Shown here: positions 21,867 through 31,485 of the stretch, piece by piece
Layout of the letters: the number at the start of each line of letters is the position of its first letter
How positions within the stretch are numbered: the stretch's first letter is position 1
Assembly (NCBI GenBank): GCA_051648545.1
Contig: JBOFFI010000044.1
Location: forward strand, 5,797-69,796
Source of the DNA: Alphaproteobacteria bacterium
GTDB lineage: Bacteria; Pseudomonadota; Alphaproteobacteria; Holosporales; JBOFFI01
Direction: 5' to 3'
Length of the DNA: 64,000 nucleotides
The notes under the pieces: model-generated
Database searches by the model: none
What the model was told of the DNA's origin: nothing
What the model saw: the letters and a program-made list of their open reading frames with translations, nothing else
Translations under genes and position numbers: made by a program

Positions 21867-23225
21867 TCAAATTTTCTTTTTTTGACGAAAGCGTTTCGCG
21901 CCTTCTGGAATCGTTTTTTGCTCACTCCGTGAAACGGCAAGAGCGTTGGGGGGCACCTCCTGGGTGAGGACGCTCCCTGCAGCAATCAAGGCGCCTTCCC
22001 CAAGGGTGATGGGGGCGATGAGGGAGGTGTTGGCCCCCACCATTACGCCATCTCCGATGTAGGTGGCGTGCTTTTCATGGCCATCATAGTTGCAGGTGAT
22101 GGTTCCTGCGCCAATGTTCGCCTTTGCGCCGACGGTGCTGTTCCCTAAATAGGAGAGATGTTTCACCTTGCTTCCAGGTTTCAAAACGCTTTCCTTGATT
22201 TCAACAAAATTGCCCACCTCCACGCACTCATGGAGCTCTACGCCACTGCGCAGGCGGCAAAAAGGCCCCACTTTTGTGTAAGCTCCCAGGGTTGCTTGGG
22301 AAAGATGGGAAAAAGAGAAAATTTCGCTCCCCTCGCCCAAGGTAACCCCAGGGCCAAGGGTTACAAAGGGGTGAATAACCACATCTTTTCCCACGACTGT
22401 ATCAAAAGAGAGATAAACGGTGGAAGGGTCCACCAATGTTGCGCCCTGAGCCATCAGCCTTGCTCGCGCCTGTTGTTGGAAGACGGCTTCCACCAAAGCA
22501 AGGTCTTCCCGGCTGTTGACCCCCAGCAAGCTTTCCCAGGGGCCTTCAATATAGCGGCAGCCAAGGCCTGCTTCAACTGCCAGCTTCACCACGTCCGTGA
22601 GGTAATACTCTTGGGCGCGGTTGTTGGGTGTCAGCTTCTTTAAAAGGGAAAGCCCTGCTTTCCCATCTAACAGCAACACCCCTGCATTACAAAGGGGTTT
22701 TTGTGAAGTTAAGGCTATGCCTCGGTCTGCAAAATCTTTGGCTTCGATAATCTCAAGCACGTCTCCCGCTTCTCCAAGCCTCAAGCGACCATAAGCTTTT
22801 GGATCAGGGGGAGACATGGCAAGCACCATCACAGCGGCTTGGGTTTTGGCTTTCATGGCTTGCATCTCTTGGAGGCACGCCAGAGGAACCAAAGGGGCAT
22901 CGCCGCACAACACCAGAACATCTTCATCAAAAGGGGTTAGGGTCTGGGCAATCAGTGCCTCTACGCCAGCGCGAACCGCATGCCCTGTGCCCAAAGGTTT
23001 TTCTTGAATCGCAAAAGCCACATCGGGGAAGGCTCGGCGAAGCTCTGCTTGATTTTCAGGAGACGCAACGACGATGGTTCGCGCTGCTTTCAGACCCTTC
23101 GCCAGCTCAAGGACGCTGCTCAGCATCGGCCTTCCGCCAACGGGGTGCATCACCTTTGGATGGTTAGATTGCATGCGGGTTCCAAGGCCTGCGGCTAAAA
23201 TGATAACAGATACAGGGGAAGGCAC
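21867..23225 (-). CDS. glmU: bifunctional GlcNAc-1-P uridyltransferase / GlcN-1-P acetyltransferase
   Basis: N-terminal LAAGLGTRM nucleotidyltransferase motif and C-terminal left-handed beta-helix hexapeptide repeats. Adjacent to glmS. Confidence 0.93.
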   Translation of the reverse strand: MPSPVSVIILAAGLGTRMQSNHPKVMHPVGGRPMLSSVLELAKGLKAARTIVVASPENQAELRRAFPDVAFAIQEKPLGTGHAVRAGVEALIAQTLTPFDEDVLVLCGDAPLVPLACLQEMQAMKAKTQAAVMVLAMSPPDPKAYGRLRLGEAGDVLEIIEAKDFADRGIALTSQKPLCNAGVLLLDGKAGLSLLKKLTPNNRAQEYYLTDVVKLAVEAGLGCRYIEGPWESLLGVNSREDLALVEAVFQQQARARLMAQGATLVDPSTVYLSFDTVVGKDVVIHPFVTLGPGVTLGEGSEIFSFSHLSQATLGAYTKVGPFCRLRSGVELHECVEVGNFVEIKESVLKPGSKVKHLSYLGNSTVGAKANIGAGTITCNYDGHEKHATYIGDGVMVGANTSLIAPITLGEGALIAAGSVLTQEVPPNALAVSRSEQKTIPEGAKRFRQKKKI

Positions 23226-23283
23226 CCAAATCCTCTATAAATTAGGTTTCAAAAAACACAACATCAAACGAAGGATAGAATAG

Positions 23284-23358
23284 TGGTGGGCGCTACTGGG
23301 ATTGAACCAGTGGCCCCTGCCGTGTGAAGGCAGTGCTCTCCCGCTGAGCTAAGCGCCC
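23284..23358 (-). tRNA. trnV: tRNA-Val (anticodon CAC), 3' CCA encoded
   Basis: The reverse complement folds as acceptor GGGCGCT/AGCGCCC, anticodon stem CTGCC/GGCAG with loop TTCACAC, T-arm CACTGG-TTCAATC-CCAGT. Confidence 0.9.
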
Positions 23359-23471
23359 CTTGACCAAACACCTCGTCTAAAACTCATTCTTTCTACCTGA
23401 AAAACCACCCCTTGTCACGGGTGTTTTCATCTGTCAAAGTGGTGGCTAAACTTTTATTTAGGAATTTTTTC

Positions 23472-24392
23472 ATGTTGCTTGAAACGCTACCCCACCTTGT
23501 TTCCAAAACCTTTCTAGCGCAAGGGTGGGAGGATTACGCCCTTTTAGACAGTGGTTATGGTCGAAAGCTTGAGCGTTTCAAGGGTTATACGGTGAACAGG
23601 CCAGAGCCTCAGGCTATGTGGATGCCGCGCCTGTCCGAATCCGTATGGGAGCAAGCGGATGCAAGCTTCACAGGGGCTGAGGAAGAGGGAAATTGGCGCT
23701 TTTTAGAGGGAGATCGTTTGGAGCCATGGTGCGTCAGCTATCAAAATTTAGCGCTTTGGGGAAAATTTACCTCCTTTCGGCATGTGGGCTATTTCCCAGA
23801 ACAGCTTCCCCATTGGCAATTCATAGAAACCTTTTTAAAAACCATCCCTGAGGCTTCTGTCTTAAACCTTTTTGCTTACACGGGGATGGCATCTCTGGTT
23901 GCTGCCGCCCAAGGCGCCCGCGTGACCCACGTGGATGCTTCTGAAAAAGCCATCGGCTGGGCCATTGAAAACCAAAGGTTGTCGAGGTTGGAGGATGCGC
24001 CTATTCGCTGGATTTGCGAGGATGCTGTGAAGTTTGCAGCCCGGGAAGGCCGTCGCGAAAAAGCCTACCACCTCATTTTGCTGGATCCCCCTAAATTTGG
24101 TCGAGGGCCTGGAAAAGAGGTGTGGGATTTATTCTACCATCTGCCGCAGTTGTTGGAGCATTGCCTTCCTTTGCTGGAGGTTGGCGGTTGGTTGATCCTC
24201 AACACCTATGCCCTCCGGCTTTCTCACACAGCGCTCAAAGAATTGCTGGCGGACGTGGCTTCCCGGGTGTGCCCCCAAGCCGAGATGGAGATCAGCAGCG
24301 GTGAGCTGGCGATTCGAGAAGAAGGCCTGGGAGAAAGCCAGGGCCGCGTGATCCCCCAGTCGATGTTTGCGATGCTCCACAAGAAAAGCTGA
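23472..24392 (+). CDS. class I SAM-dependent (rRNA-type, RlmI/RlmK-like) methyltransferase
   Basis: SAM-binding region (LNLFAYTGMASLVAAAQGARVTHVDAS) and the catalytic-type ILLDPPKF motif. ATG 23472 is preferred over TTG 23412. Confidence 0.7.
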   Translation: MLLETLPHLVSKTFLAQGWEDYALLDSGYGRKLERFKGYTVNRPEPQAMWMPRLSESVWEQADASFTGAEEEGNWRFLEGDRLEPWCVSYQNLALWGKFTSFRHVGYFPEQLPHWQFIETFLKTIPEASVLNLFAYTGMASLVAAAQGARVTHVDASEKAIGWAIENQRLSRLEDAPIRWICEDAVKFAAREGRREKAYHLILLDPPKFGRGPGKEVWDLFYHLPQLLEHCLPLLEVGGWLILNTYALRLSHTALKELLADVASRVCPQAEMEISSGELAIREEGLGESQGRVIPQSMFAMLHKKS

Positions 24393-24406
24393 CGTTAAAC
24401 AACCTC

Positions 24407-25669
24407 CTATTGGATGAACGAAAGCTTTATTGGTTTGCCATTTTTATTTTTTATATTTTTGTCGTCGAGGTATCTGAATTGTTCATTAAGTGAAAGACTG
24501 GTTAAGGTACTTTCTTTTGCAGCTTCTATGATGGATTTGGCTTCTTTAGGGATATATCCTGTTGTTAACGATAAGGATTCGAGATTGCTATTTTTTATGA
24601 TATCGATCAGGTCTTCTACCCCTTTTTCCTCGATTTTTTGCAATTTTCCTAAAATTAAGGATTTGAGTTTGCTTTTTTGAATGGCAGGGCTCAACGTTTT
24701 AAGCCCTTCGGCTGTAAAGGATGTATTTCCCAAGTTGAGCTTTTCTAGCGAGCTTGTTTCAATAAAAGTTTTGAGGGGCGTGGCGCTTTGGTCGGTAATA
24801 TTTTTATTACCCGATAGTATCAGCGCTTTTAAATTCTTATTTCCTGAAAATTTGGTTGCGAAATTTTGAATATCTGTATCTATTAATTTACAATCTCTTA
24901 AGGAAAGATATTTAAGATTTTCTTTTTTCTCTAACCCAAGGGTGCCTAATATACCTCCCAGATCTGCATCCTTCAAAGCAAGAGCTTCTAGGGTTTGAGG
25001 AACGTTGTCAACAATAGCTTTAACTGTTTTTGGAGTTATACCAACTTTTAGAAGATCAAGCTGTTTTAGCTTGCTCTCTTTGAGTTTGGACCTAAGCGTT
25101 GTAAACATCTCATCTTCAAAGGGGAAGTTTTCGAAGTAAAGATTTTCTAGATTCCCAGGAAAAGAAGCCATAAACGATGTAAATCCTTTAGAATCTATCT
25201 TGCCTGTAGCCGAGGCATCCCGGATCACTCTAACTGTTTTAATCATCATTTTTTGAAATTTGGGGAGGATTTTTTCTCTCAATAGCTTTTTCATAAAATC
25301 TGAGCTGATGAGGGGTAATTTATCTGAGCTGATGAGGGGTGTTGTTATTTCCAACCCTTTGTAAAATCCTTTTTCGGGAAGGTTTAAAAGTTTTTCAAGC
25401 AAGCTTTTTTCTTGTTGACCAAATTTCTCTCCAATGCCATTCCAAATATCCTGAATTTCTTCAGAAGATATTTTTTCATCAGAAAGACAGAGTTTTAGAA
25501 GCCATGAATAATATTGTTCTTCTTTATTGAGTTTTACAAGATCAGATAGTCTTATAACATCAGATTGGTCTCCGATGGGGATGGCGTCATCCGCCGCATA
25601 CCCGGCGCTGAGCCCTGTCATAAGCGAAAGCACCAACAGGCTTTTCTTTAATCGATTTAATTTTTTCAT
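24407..25669 (-). CDS. secreted leucine-rich repeat protein (RNI/ribonuclease-inhibitor-like LRRs)
   Basis: Sec signal (MKKLNRLKKSLLVLSLMTGLSAGYA), then about 8 repeats of about 26-29 aa (e.g. LKYLSLRDCKLIDTDIQNFATKFSGNKN, LKALILSGNKNITDQSATPLKTFIETSS, LEKLNLGNTSFTAEGLKTLSPAIQKSK). The gene is AT-rich. Confidence 0.75.
   Translation of the reverse strand: MKKLNRLKKSLLVLSLMTGLSAGYAADDAIPIGDQSDVIRLSDLVKLNKEEQYYSWLLKLCLSDEKISSEEIQDIWNGIGEKFGQQEKSLLEKLLNLPEKGFYKGLEITTPLISSDKLPLISSDFMKKLLREKILPKFQKMMIKTVRVIRDASATGKIDSKGFTSFMASFPGNLENLYFENFPFEDEMFTTLRSKLKESKLKQLDLLKVGITPKTVKAIVDNVPQTLEALALKDADLGGILGTLGLEKKENLKYLSLRDCKLIDTDIQNFATKFSGNKNLKALILSGNKNITDQSATPLKTFIETSSLEKLNLGNTSFTAEGLKTLSPAIQKSKLKSLILGKLQKIEEKGVEDLIDIIKNSNLESLSLTTGYIPKEAKSIIEAAKESTLTSLSLNEQFRYLDDKNIKNKNGKPIKLSFIQ
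25298..25340 (-). repeat. in-frame 24-bp tandem duplication inside the LRR gene
   Basis: ATCTGAGCTGATGAGGGGT occurs at 25298-25316 and again at 25322-25340. This gives the peptide PLISSDKLPLISSD. Confidence 0.8.
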
Positions 25670-25672
25670 TTT

Positions 25673-26233
25673 CTATTCCTCCGTGGTGGGAAGAATAGGC
25701 CATTCTCCCGCATTTCGGATGGTTTTTTTCAAGGGAGGTGTTGTTGCTTCTGGCTTTTGTGGTGCAGGCGTTTCAGGAAGTATTGATGGTGAAACAGCCG
25801 CCTCGGGGGCGCTTAAAAGTTGGGGTGCATCTTGCGGGGCTTTTTGGCCTGTTTCCCGGTCCCAAATGCCAGATTGCCTGAGGGGATTTTCCTCATTTCC
25901 ACCATCAATCCAGGTTTCCCTAAAAGGATCTCCGCGGTCTTCTTTAGAGCTGTCGTAATGGCTTTTTTGGCTTTCCTCTTCTAATTTTTCAAAATCCGAG
26001 AAATTTTCAGGAAGAGAACGCGGTTCAAGCCTGTTTTTTAACTCCGTAGAGTGTTCCAAAATGCGGTCTTCTGAAGGGTCTCCGCGCTCGCTTTGCCTAA
26101 AATCGGGGTGTGAAAAATGCATCTCTTCAGAAGATTTTTTACCTAATAATGGGTCTCCTGTGTGTTGGCCTCCCGCCGCATAACCTTGAGAAATTCCTAA
26201 AATTGCTGCAAGTGTTAAAATAGATATTTTCAT
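25673..26233 (-). CDS. secreted low-complexity (probably disordered) protein
   Basis: Sec signal (MKISILTLAAILGISQGYA), then a charged Pro/Glu/Ser-rich sequence with two RGDP motifs. Its stop is 3 nt upstream of the LRR gene start. Confidence 0.55.
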   Translation of the reverse strand: MKISILTLAAILGISQGYAAGGQHTGDPLLGKKSSEEMHFSHPDFRQSERGDPSEDRILEHSTELKNRLEPRSLPENFSDFEKLEEESQKSHYDSSKEDRGDPFRETWIDGGNEENPLRQSGIWDRETGQKAPQDAPQLLSAPEAAVSPSILPETPAPQKPEATTPPLKKTIRNAGEWPILPTTEE

Positions 26234-26406
26234 GGTGTTTGAGCTTTCCCTTTTTTTCTGTCAGCTTCTTATCTTATTGAAACTAAAGCAATTTATTTTA
26301 AAAAAGCTTAAGGCTGTTTTTTAGTTGCGTTCATTCCAGCGAATAGTTAGACTCTGCTGGCAGGAAAAATAGCCCTGAATCATACCAATAGTGAGGTAGG
26401 AAGCCC

Positions 26407-29130
26407 GTGAGCGCATCAGTGAACACATCTGAAGTTGTACAAATTACGGTTGAAGAGGAGATGAAGCGCTCCTACTTAGATTACGCCATGAGCGTGATCG
26501 TCAGCCGTGCGCTTCCAGATGTGCGAGACGGTTTAAAGCCTGTGCATCGCCGAATTCTCTATGCCATGATGGACCTTGGGTTTGAGTATAATAAGCCTTT
26601 CAGAAAATCTGCTCGTGTTTTGGGAGAAGTGTTGGGTAAATATCACCCCCACGGTGAAATGGCTATTTATGACGCCATGGTGCGGATGGCCCAGGTTTTT
26701 TCGATGCGGACGCTGTTGGTAGATGGCCAGGGAAACTTTGGTTCGGTGGATGGTGACAAGCCTGCTTCCAGCCGTTATACAGAGGTTCGCCTCACCCGCA
26801 TTTCCCATTACATTCTAGAAGATTACGACAAAGAAACCGTTGATTTTCAGCCAAACTATGACGACACGGTGATGATGCCTTCTGTGCTTCCGGCTCGCTT
26901 TCCCAATTTGTTGGTGAATGGCGCCGGGGGAATCGCAGTGGGGATGGCGACCAACATTCCTACCCACAATTTGGGGGAGGTGATTGATGGTTGCTGTGCG
27001 TTGATCGATAACCCTGAATTGGGAATTGAAGAGCTTTTAGAGTACATTCCAGGGCCTGACTTTCCAACGGGGGGTATTATCCTTGGAAAAAAAGGGATTC
27101 GTGACGCTTACTTCACAGGGCGCGGTAGTGTGCCGATTCGGGGTAAGTGCCATACGGAAGAGCTTAAGAAAGACAGGGCTGCCCTCATCATCACTGAGCT
27201 TCCCTATCAGGTTAACAAGGCTCGCCTGGTGGAGCGCATTGCGGAGCTCTTCGCGAATAAAGAACTCGACGGGATCAGTGAGCTGCGGGATGAGTCAGAC
27301 CGTAACGGTATGCGGGTGGTGATTGAGCTGAAAAAAGATGTGGTTCCTGAAGTTATCCTGAACCGCCTCTACGCTATGACGCCGCTTCAGACGTCTTTTG
27401 GGGTCAACATGTTGGCCCTTAATGGTGGGCGCCCCCTTCAGATGAACCTGAAGGATGTGCTGCAGGCCTTTATTGAGTTTCGCGAAGAGGTGATCACGCG
27501 TCGCACCCGTTTTTTCTTGAACAAGGTAAGGGACAGAGCCCACCTGATTTTAGGGCTTGTGGTGGCGGTTTCTCACATTGATGAAATTGTTCGGCTCATT
27601 CGTAAATCTTCAGATGTTCAGCAGGCTCGCCAGACCCTGATGACGCGGGTCTGGCCTGTGGAAGAAATTTCAGACTACCTCAAGCTGTTAGGGGAAGGAG
27701 AGGCCCAGTTAAGGCCTGAAGGCTATGCATTTACAGAAGCTCAAGTGAAGGCCATTCTTGATTTACGTTTGCACCGGTTGACAGGGCTTGAGCGGGAAAA
27801 GCTGACCGATGAATTGAAAGAGCTTGCTGCCAAAATTCAAGAATATGTGAGTATTTTGAGCTCTAAAACCCTCTTGTTTGAGTTGATGAAAAAGGAGCTT
27901 TTAGAGGTCAGAACCATGTTCGCAGACCCAAGAAGAACAGCTTTGGAAGCGGAGCATTCGGTTTTAGATGAAGAGGCATTGATTCAGCGGGAAGATATGG
28001 TGGTGATCTTCACCGTCAAAGGGTATGTTAAGCGGGTTCCCCTAGCGGCTTACCGGGCCCAGCGTCGGGGAGGTAAAGGCAAAACGGGGATGTCGACCCG
28101 GGAAGAAGATATCTCCTCAGAAGTTTTTGTCGCAACAACCCACACGCCGTTGCTTTTTTTCACCTCTGTGGGGAAAGCTTATCAACTCAAGGTTTATGAG
28201 CTTCCCATCGGAACCCCCCAGGGGCGAGGTAAACCCTTGCTTAACATCCTTCCTTTAACCCAGCAAGAAACATTATCTACCCTTCTGCCTTTGCCAGAGG
28301 ATCCTGAAGATTGGAAAGGATTAGACATTCTTTTTGTGACATCCGCAGGGAATGTAAGGCGAAATGCCCTTTCTGATTTCACCAACATCCGTGGTAACGG
28401 GAAGATTGCCATGAAATTGGAGGAGGCGGGGGAGCGCCTGATTGCGGTTCAAGTGTGCAGGGAAGATCAAGACGTTTTGTTGACGACGCGCCATGGCCGC
28501 AGCATTCGTTTTTGTGTAAGCGATGTTCGTCAATTTTCAGGCCGTACCTCCACAGGGGTCCGCGGGGTGCGCCTGGCTTCAGGTGACCAGGTGGTAGCCA
28601 TGACCATTTTGGAAGGAACAGGCTTTTCTCCAGAAGAGCGCGAACTGTACCTGCGTCAAGCAGCGCGCTTGCGTCGGAGCGAAGGGGGAGATGAGGCGTC
28701 GGAAGAAGATGCAGACGATGCTAGCCTGCTTGCTTACGGTGGTGCGCTTTCCCAAGAAAAATTTGATGAAATGGCCCTTCAAGAACAGTTTATCCTCGCG
28801 GTGAGTGAGCGCGGCTATGGCAAGCGAACCTCTGCGTATGCTTATCGTCGAACGGGCCGTGGAGGGCAGGGGGTTGCGACGATGGAAGTCTCCAACCGAA
28901 ATGGTTTAATTGTCGCGGCGCTGCCGGTTCATGAAGAAGACCAGATCATTCTGCTGACAGATGGTGGGCAGATGATCCGTTGCCCTGTTCATGATATTCG
29001 TATCGCAGGGCGCAGAACCCAAGGGGTGGTCATCTTCCGTTTAGCCCCAGAGGAAAAGGTGGTCTCGGTGGTTCGCGTGAGTGAGATGGAAGCTGAAGAG
29101 GGTGAAGAGGTAGACGCTGACGCTGGTTAA
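26407..29130 (+). CDS. gyrA: DNA gyrase subunit A
   Basis: 907-aa ORF with canonical blocks (LDYAMSVIVSRALPDVRDGLKPVHRRILY; GKYHPHGEMAIYDAMVRMAQ) and an acidic C-terminal tail. GTG start. Confidence 0.96.
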   Translation: MSASVNTSEVVQITVEEEMKRSYLDYAMSVIVSRALPDVRDGLKPVHRRILYAMMDLGFEYNKPFRKSARVLGEVLGKYHPHGEMAIYDAMVRMAQVFSMRTLLVDGQGNFGSVDGDKPASSRYTEVRLTRISHYILEDYDKETVDFQPNYDDTVMMPSVLPARFPNLLVNGAGGIAVGMATNIPTHNLGEVIDGCCALIDNPELGIEELLEYIPGPDFPTGGIILGKKGIRDAYFTGRGSVPIRGKCHTEELKKDRAALIITELPYQVNKARLVERIAELFANKELDGISELRDESDRNGMRVVIELKKDVVPEVILNRLYAMTPLQTSFGVNMLALNGGRPLQMNLKDVLQAFIEFREEVITRRTRFFLNKVRDRAHLILGLVVAVSHIDEIVRLIRKSSDVQQARQTLMTRVWPVEEISDYLKLLGEGEAQLRPEGYAFTEAQVKAILDLRLHRLTGLEREKLTDELKELAAKIQEYVSILSSKTLLFELMKKELLEVRTMFADPRRTALEAEHSVLDEEALIQREDMVVIFTVKGYVKRVPLAAYRAQRRGGKGKTGMSTREEDISSEVFVATTHTPLLFFTSVGKAYQLKVYELPIGTPQGRGKPLLNILPLTQQETLSTLLPLPEDPEDWKGLDILFVTSAGNVRRNALSDFTNIRGNGKIAMKLEEAGERLIAVQVCREDQDVLLTTRHGRSIRFCVSDVRQFSGRTSTGVRGVRLASGDQVVAMTILEGTGFSPEERELYLRQAARLRRSEGGDEASEEDADDASLLAYGGALSQEKFDEMALQEQFILAVSERGYGKRTSAYAYRRTGRGGQGVATMEVSNRNGLIVAALPVHEEDQIILLTDGGQMIRCPVHDIRIAGRRTQGVVIFRLAPEEKVVSVVRVSEMEAEEGEEVDADAG

Positions 29131-29169
29131 TTTTTTAGGATCTGCTTGAACCATAATAGTGCTAACAAA

Positions 29170-29212
29170 TTTACCCCTTGATTGCACCTCAGTGAGGGAA
29201 CCAAGGGGTAAA
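29170..29212. terminator. hairpin between convergent gyrA and an orphan gene
   Basis: Perfect 11-bp inverted repeat TTTACCCCTTG ... CAAGGGGTAAA with a 21-nt loop. There is an A-run on one side, which reads as a T-run preceding the hairpin on the minus strand, so it is not a classical intrinsic terminator. Confidence 0.35.
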
Positions 29213-29222
29213 ATCAAAAAAA

Positions 29223-30503
29223 TTAATGATTGTTGTATACAGCTGTGTCGTAGTCGAGATTTCTTTCTTGTTTATGTGAGTTTTTCATCCAACGATATAT
29301 ACATCCTATGGCGGCTACTACTCCCGTTATTCCTGCGGCGCTAAGATAATAGGGAACATAGCTTGCTGTTTCTGCAGAAGATTGGTTCAATCCCGTGGTA
29401 TTATCCTCATCCCTTGGTGATAGAGGGGGGCTATAACTTGGAAATATATGACTCAAATTTCCAAAAGAGCACTGTCTTTCTTCTGAAATAGAGGGACTGC
29501 CTTCCGTAGAAAAAAGTTTTCTCAAAAATTTCGTTCTGATACTCACAATCCTTGATGTGGAAGGTTCTGATTCATGGGTTGCAAGCGGGAGACAGCCTTT
29601 TTGAGTTAACAAAGCAGTTCTAGTCGTTTTGTTTGGTGCATGTGAAATAGCCAAAAAATTTTCTGATAATCCGAAAGTTAACCTCTGAAATTCTGAATAA
29701 TTGAGTTTGTAATAAGCAAATTCAGATCTTGTTACGCCAAACGCATCACTACTTGGTATCTTTGGCATCAAAGTAGCAAAACCATAAAAAGTGTTCTCAT
29801 CTGTATGATCTGAATTAATGAGCTTATCCTGGTGGGTGCTAATAAACCTATCTACGCTCTGGCCTATACGTTTTTCCATCATATCAGCGAGATCTTTAGT
29901 TAACGTTAGGGTTTCATTTTCAAAGCACAAGCAGCTAGGAACATCATATAATAAGTCTAAAATAGAGGTGTGGCCCGTTTCTCTTTTGCTATTGACTTTT
30001 CCCAAAAACAAAGTTTTTTCACTTTCGGGGCCAAACACGTTTGAGAATTCTTTAAACTCTTTTGGGGATAGGTTTCTCCCAAAAAAAAGTCCCGCTACGG
30101 TTACGCTGTTACTTCCAGATGAAATCTCTTCTTTAGAAATAAGCCTCATTCCAGAGACAGTGTCTTTTATATTATCGGAGTAAAGCCTTTTGTCTTTCAA
30201 ACGGCATTCTGCTGAAGGACATGTGTCTATAACTTTCCTAGAAATATCTCGCTTAGATTTCCAACCCAATTTACCTGCCTTTTGTATGCTCTGCTTTAGA
30301 AGCTGTTCTGCATCATACAGGCGATTTTCCAGTTCATCTGAAAATGCTGGGGCAGCTCGGAATGGTAAACCGACATTTCTTGGGGATAAGTCACTCAAAA
30401 CGCTAATTCCGCTCGAAATGGGAATTAGTGGGTTAGCAAAAACGGGCAAACTATTCAGAGAATATACAACTGTTACCAAACAAGACACTAATTTTTTATT
30501 CAT
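29223..30503 (-). CDS. hypothetical protein with N-terminal signal peptide and C-terminal TM anchor
   Basis: 426-aa AT-rich ORF. Signal MNKKLVSCLVTVVYSLNSLPVFA and C-terminal hydrophobic helix YYLSAAGITGVVAAIGCIY. I recognised no family. Confidence 0.55.
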   Translation of the reverse strand: MNKKLVSCLVTVVYSLNSLPVFANPLIPISSGISVLSDLSPRNVGLPFRAAPAFSDELENRLYDAEQLLKQSIQKAGKLGWKSKRDISRKVIDTCPSAECRLKDKRLYSDNIKDTVSGMRLISKEEISSGSNSVTVAGLFFGRNLSPKEFKEFSNVFGPESEKTLFLGKVNSKRETGHTSILDLLYDVPSCLCFENETLTLTKDLADMMEKRIGQSVDRFISTHQDKLINSDHTDENTFYGFATLMPKIPSSDAFGVTRSEFAYYKLNYSEFQRLTFGLSENFLAISHAPNKTTRTALLTQKGCLPLATHESEPSTSRIVSIRTKFLRKLFSTEGSPSISEERQCSFGNLSHIFPSYSPPLSPRDEDNTTGLNQSSAETASYVPYYLSAAGITGVVAAIGCIYRWMKNSHKQERNLDYDTAVYNNH

Positions 30504-30814
30504 TTATAATTCCATTTTTAATTAATTACTTGACCTGTTTTTTTATCTAAAAAAGACAAAAATCAGCTTTTCTTTAAATCAAACAAAATTATAAATTAAA
30601 AGAAAATATTTTATTTGTTTGATATTTTGTATTTTTATGGACTTCGAGTTTTTTCTGCACATTTACATCGTATCAAAGCTCTTGGTTCAAAATTTTTTTG
30701 AACCAAGATTGAAAAAGAAGGGTTTAAGCAGAAAAAAATAAAAAATAAAGGTTGCAACTTTACCCTGTTTTTGTGAACCTTCGGGTATCGAATGGCTTTT
30801 TAGTTGGAGGAGGG

Positions 30815-31318
30815 ATGGTCAAGCGTTCATTGGTTTCGCCAACACCCCAAAAAGACCCTATTTTGCTTTGGGAAGACATAGCTTTATCCCATAGTTGGTC
30901 CTATAACAAGTTATCTCCAACAGAGCTTTTGTTATTGGTAGAGACGCTTCCAAAACCTCTTGAAATTGCGATTCGTTGGGATGAGGCTTCTGGTCATATG
31001 GAGATATTAGGGCTGTTTGATGTACGGGTTCCTGTAAAAAGCAAATTATCTGTGTTAGAGATTTTGTCGGCTTTGAGCCAGGAGATGAGCCTAGGAGGGT
31101 TCTATCTATGTCCTTCAGAGCGAAAGCCTATTTTCAAATATACCTTAATTGCTTATCCCCAAAAAGGTATTCCCCTTCATCATTTGAGCGAATTAACAGA
31201 CGAAATTTTGTTTAATGGAGAGCGACTTTTTCAAGCGCTTCAATATATTTTGAAAGAGGGGCGTTCTGTTTCAGAAGCGATTTTTGCTGCATTTGTTGAG
31301 ATTGAGGGGGAAGCTTAA
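30815..31318 (+). CDS. YbjN-domain (type III chaperone-like) protein
   Basis: ATG 30815 is preceded by GGAGGAGGG. The length and the C-terminal ..AIFAAFVEIEGEA resemble alphaproteobacterial YbjN-like proteins. It lies upstream of secB. Confidence 0.55.
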   Translation: MVKRSLVSPTPQKDPILLWEDIALSHSWSYNKLSPTELLLLVETLPKPLEIAIRWDEASGHMEILGLFDVRVPVKSKLSVLEILSALSQEMSLGGFYLCPSERKPIFKYTLIAYPQKGIPLHHLSELTDEILFNGERLFQALQYILKEGRSVSEAIFAAFVEIEGEA

Positions 31319-31485
31319 AATGCTATCTCTTTATTTTTTAAAGATTTTCTAGATTCATTAGGGGTTTGTTACTTTTTTTTGACTAGAATTACAGGTAGAA
31401 CGTGTTTACCCGCTTAATTTTTTCTTTTATTGTTGGGGGGTGGATAAAGTAGAGAAACGATTACAGGATTGAAAGGAAGTTCAAG

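Noticed and set aside
21827-21985. N-terminal extensions proposed by the ORF track for glmS, and similarly for fdx (19218-19322), tsaE (54699-54746), rpoB (3752-3796) and rplL (3149-3166).
   Set aside because: Conserved protein N-termini (MCGIIG for glmS, MPKMTF for fdx, and so on) and better-placed Shine-Dalgarno sequences support the internal starts.
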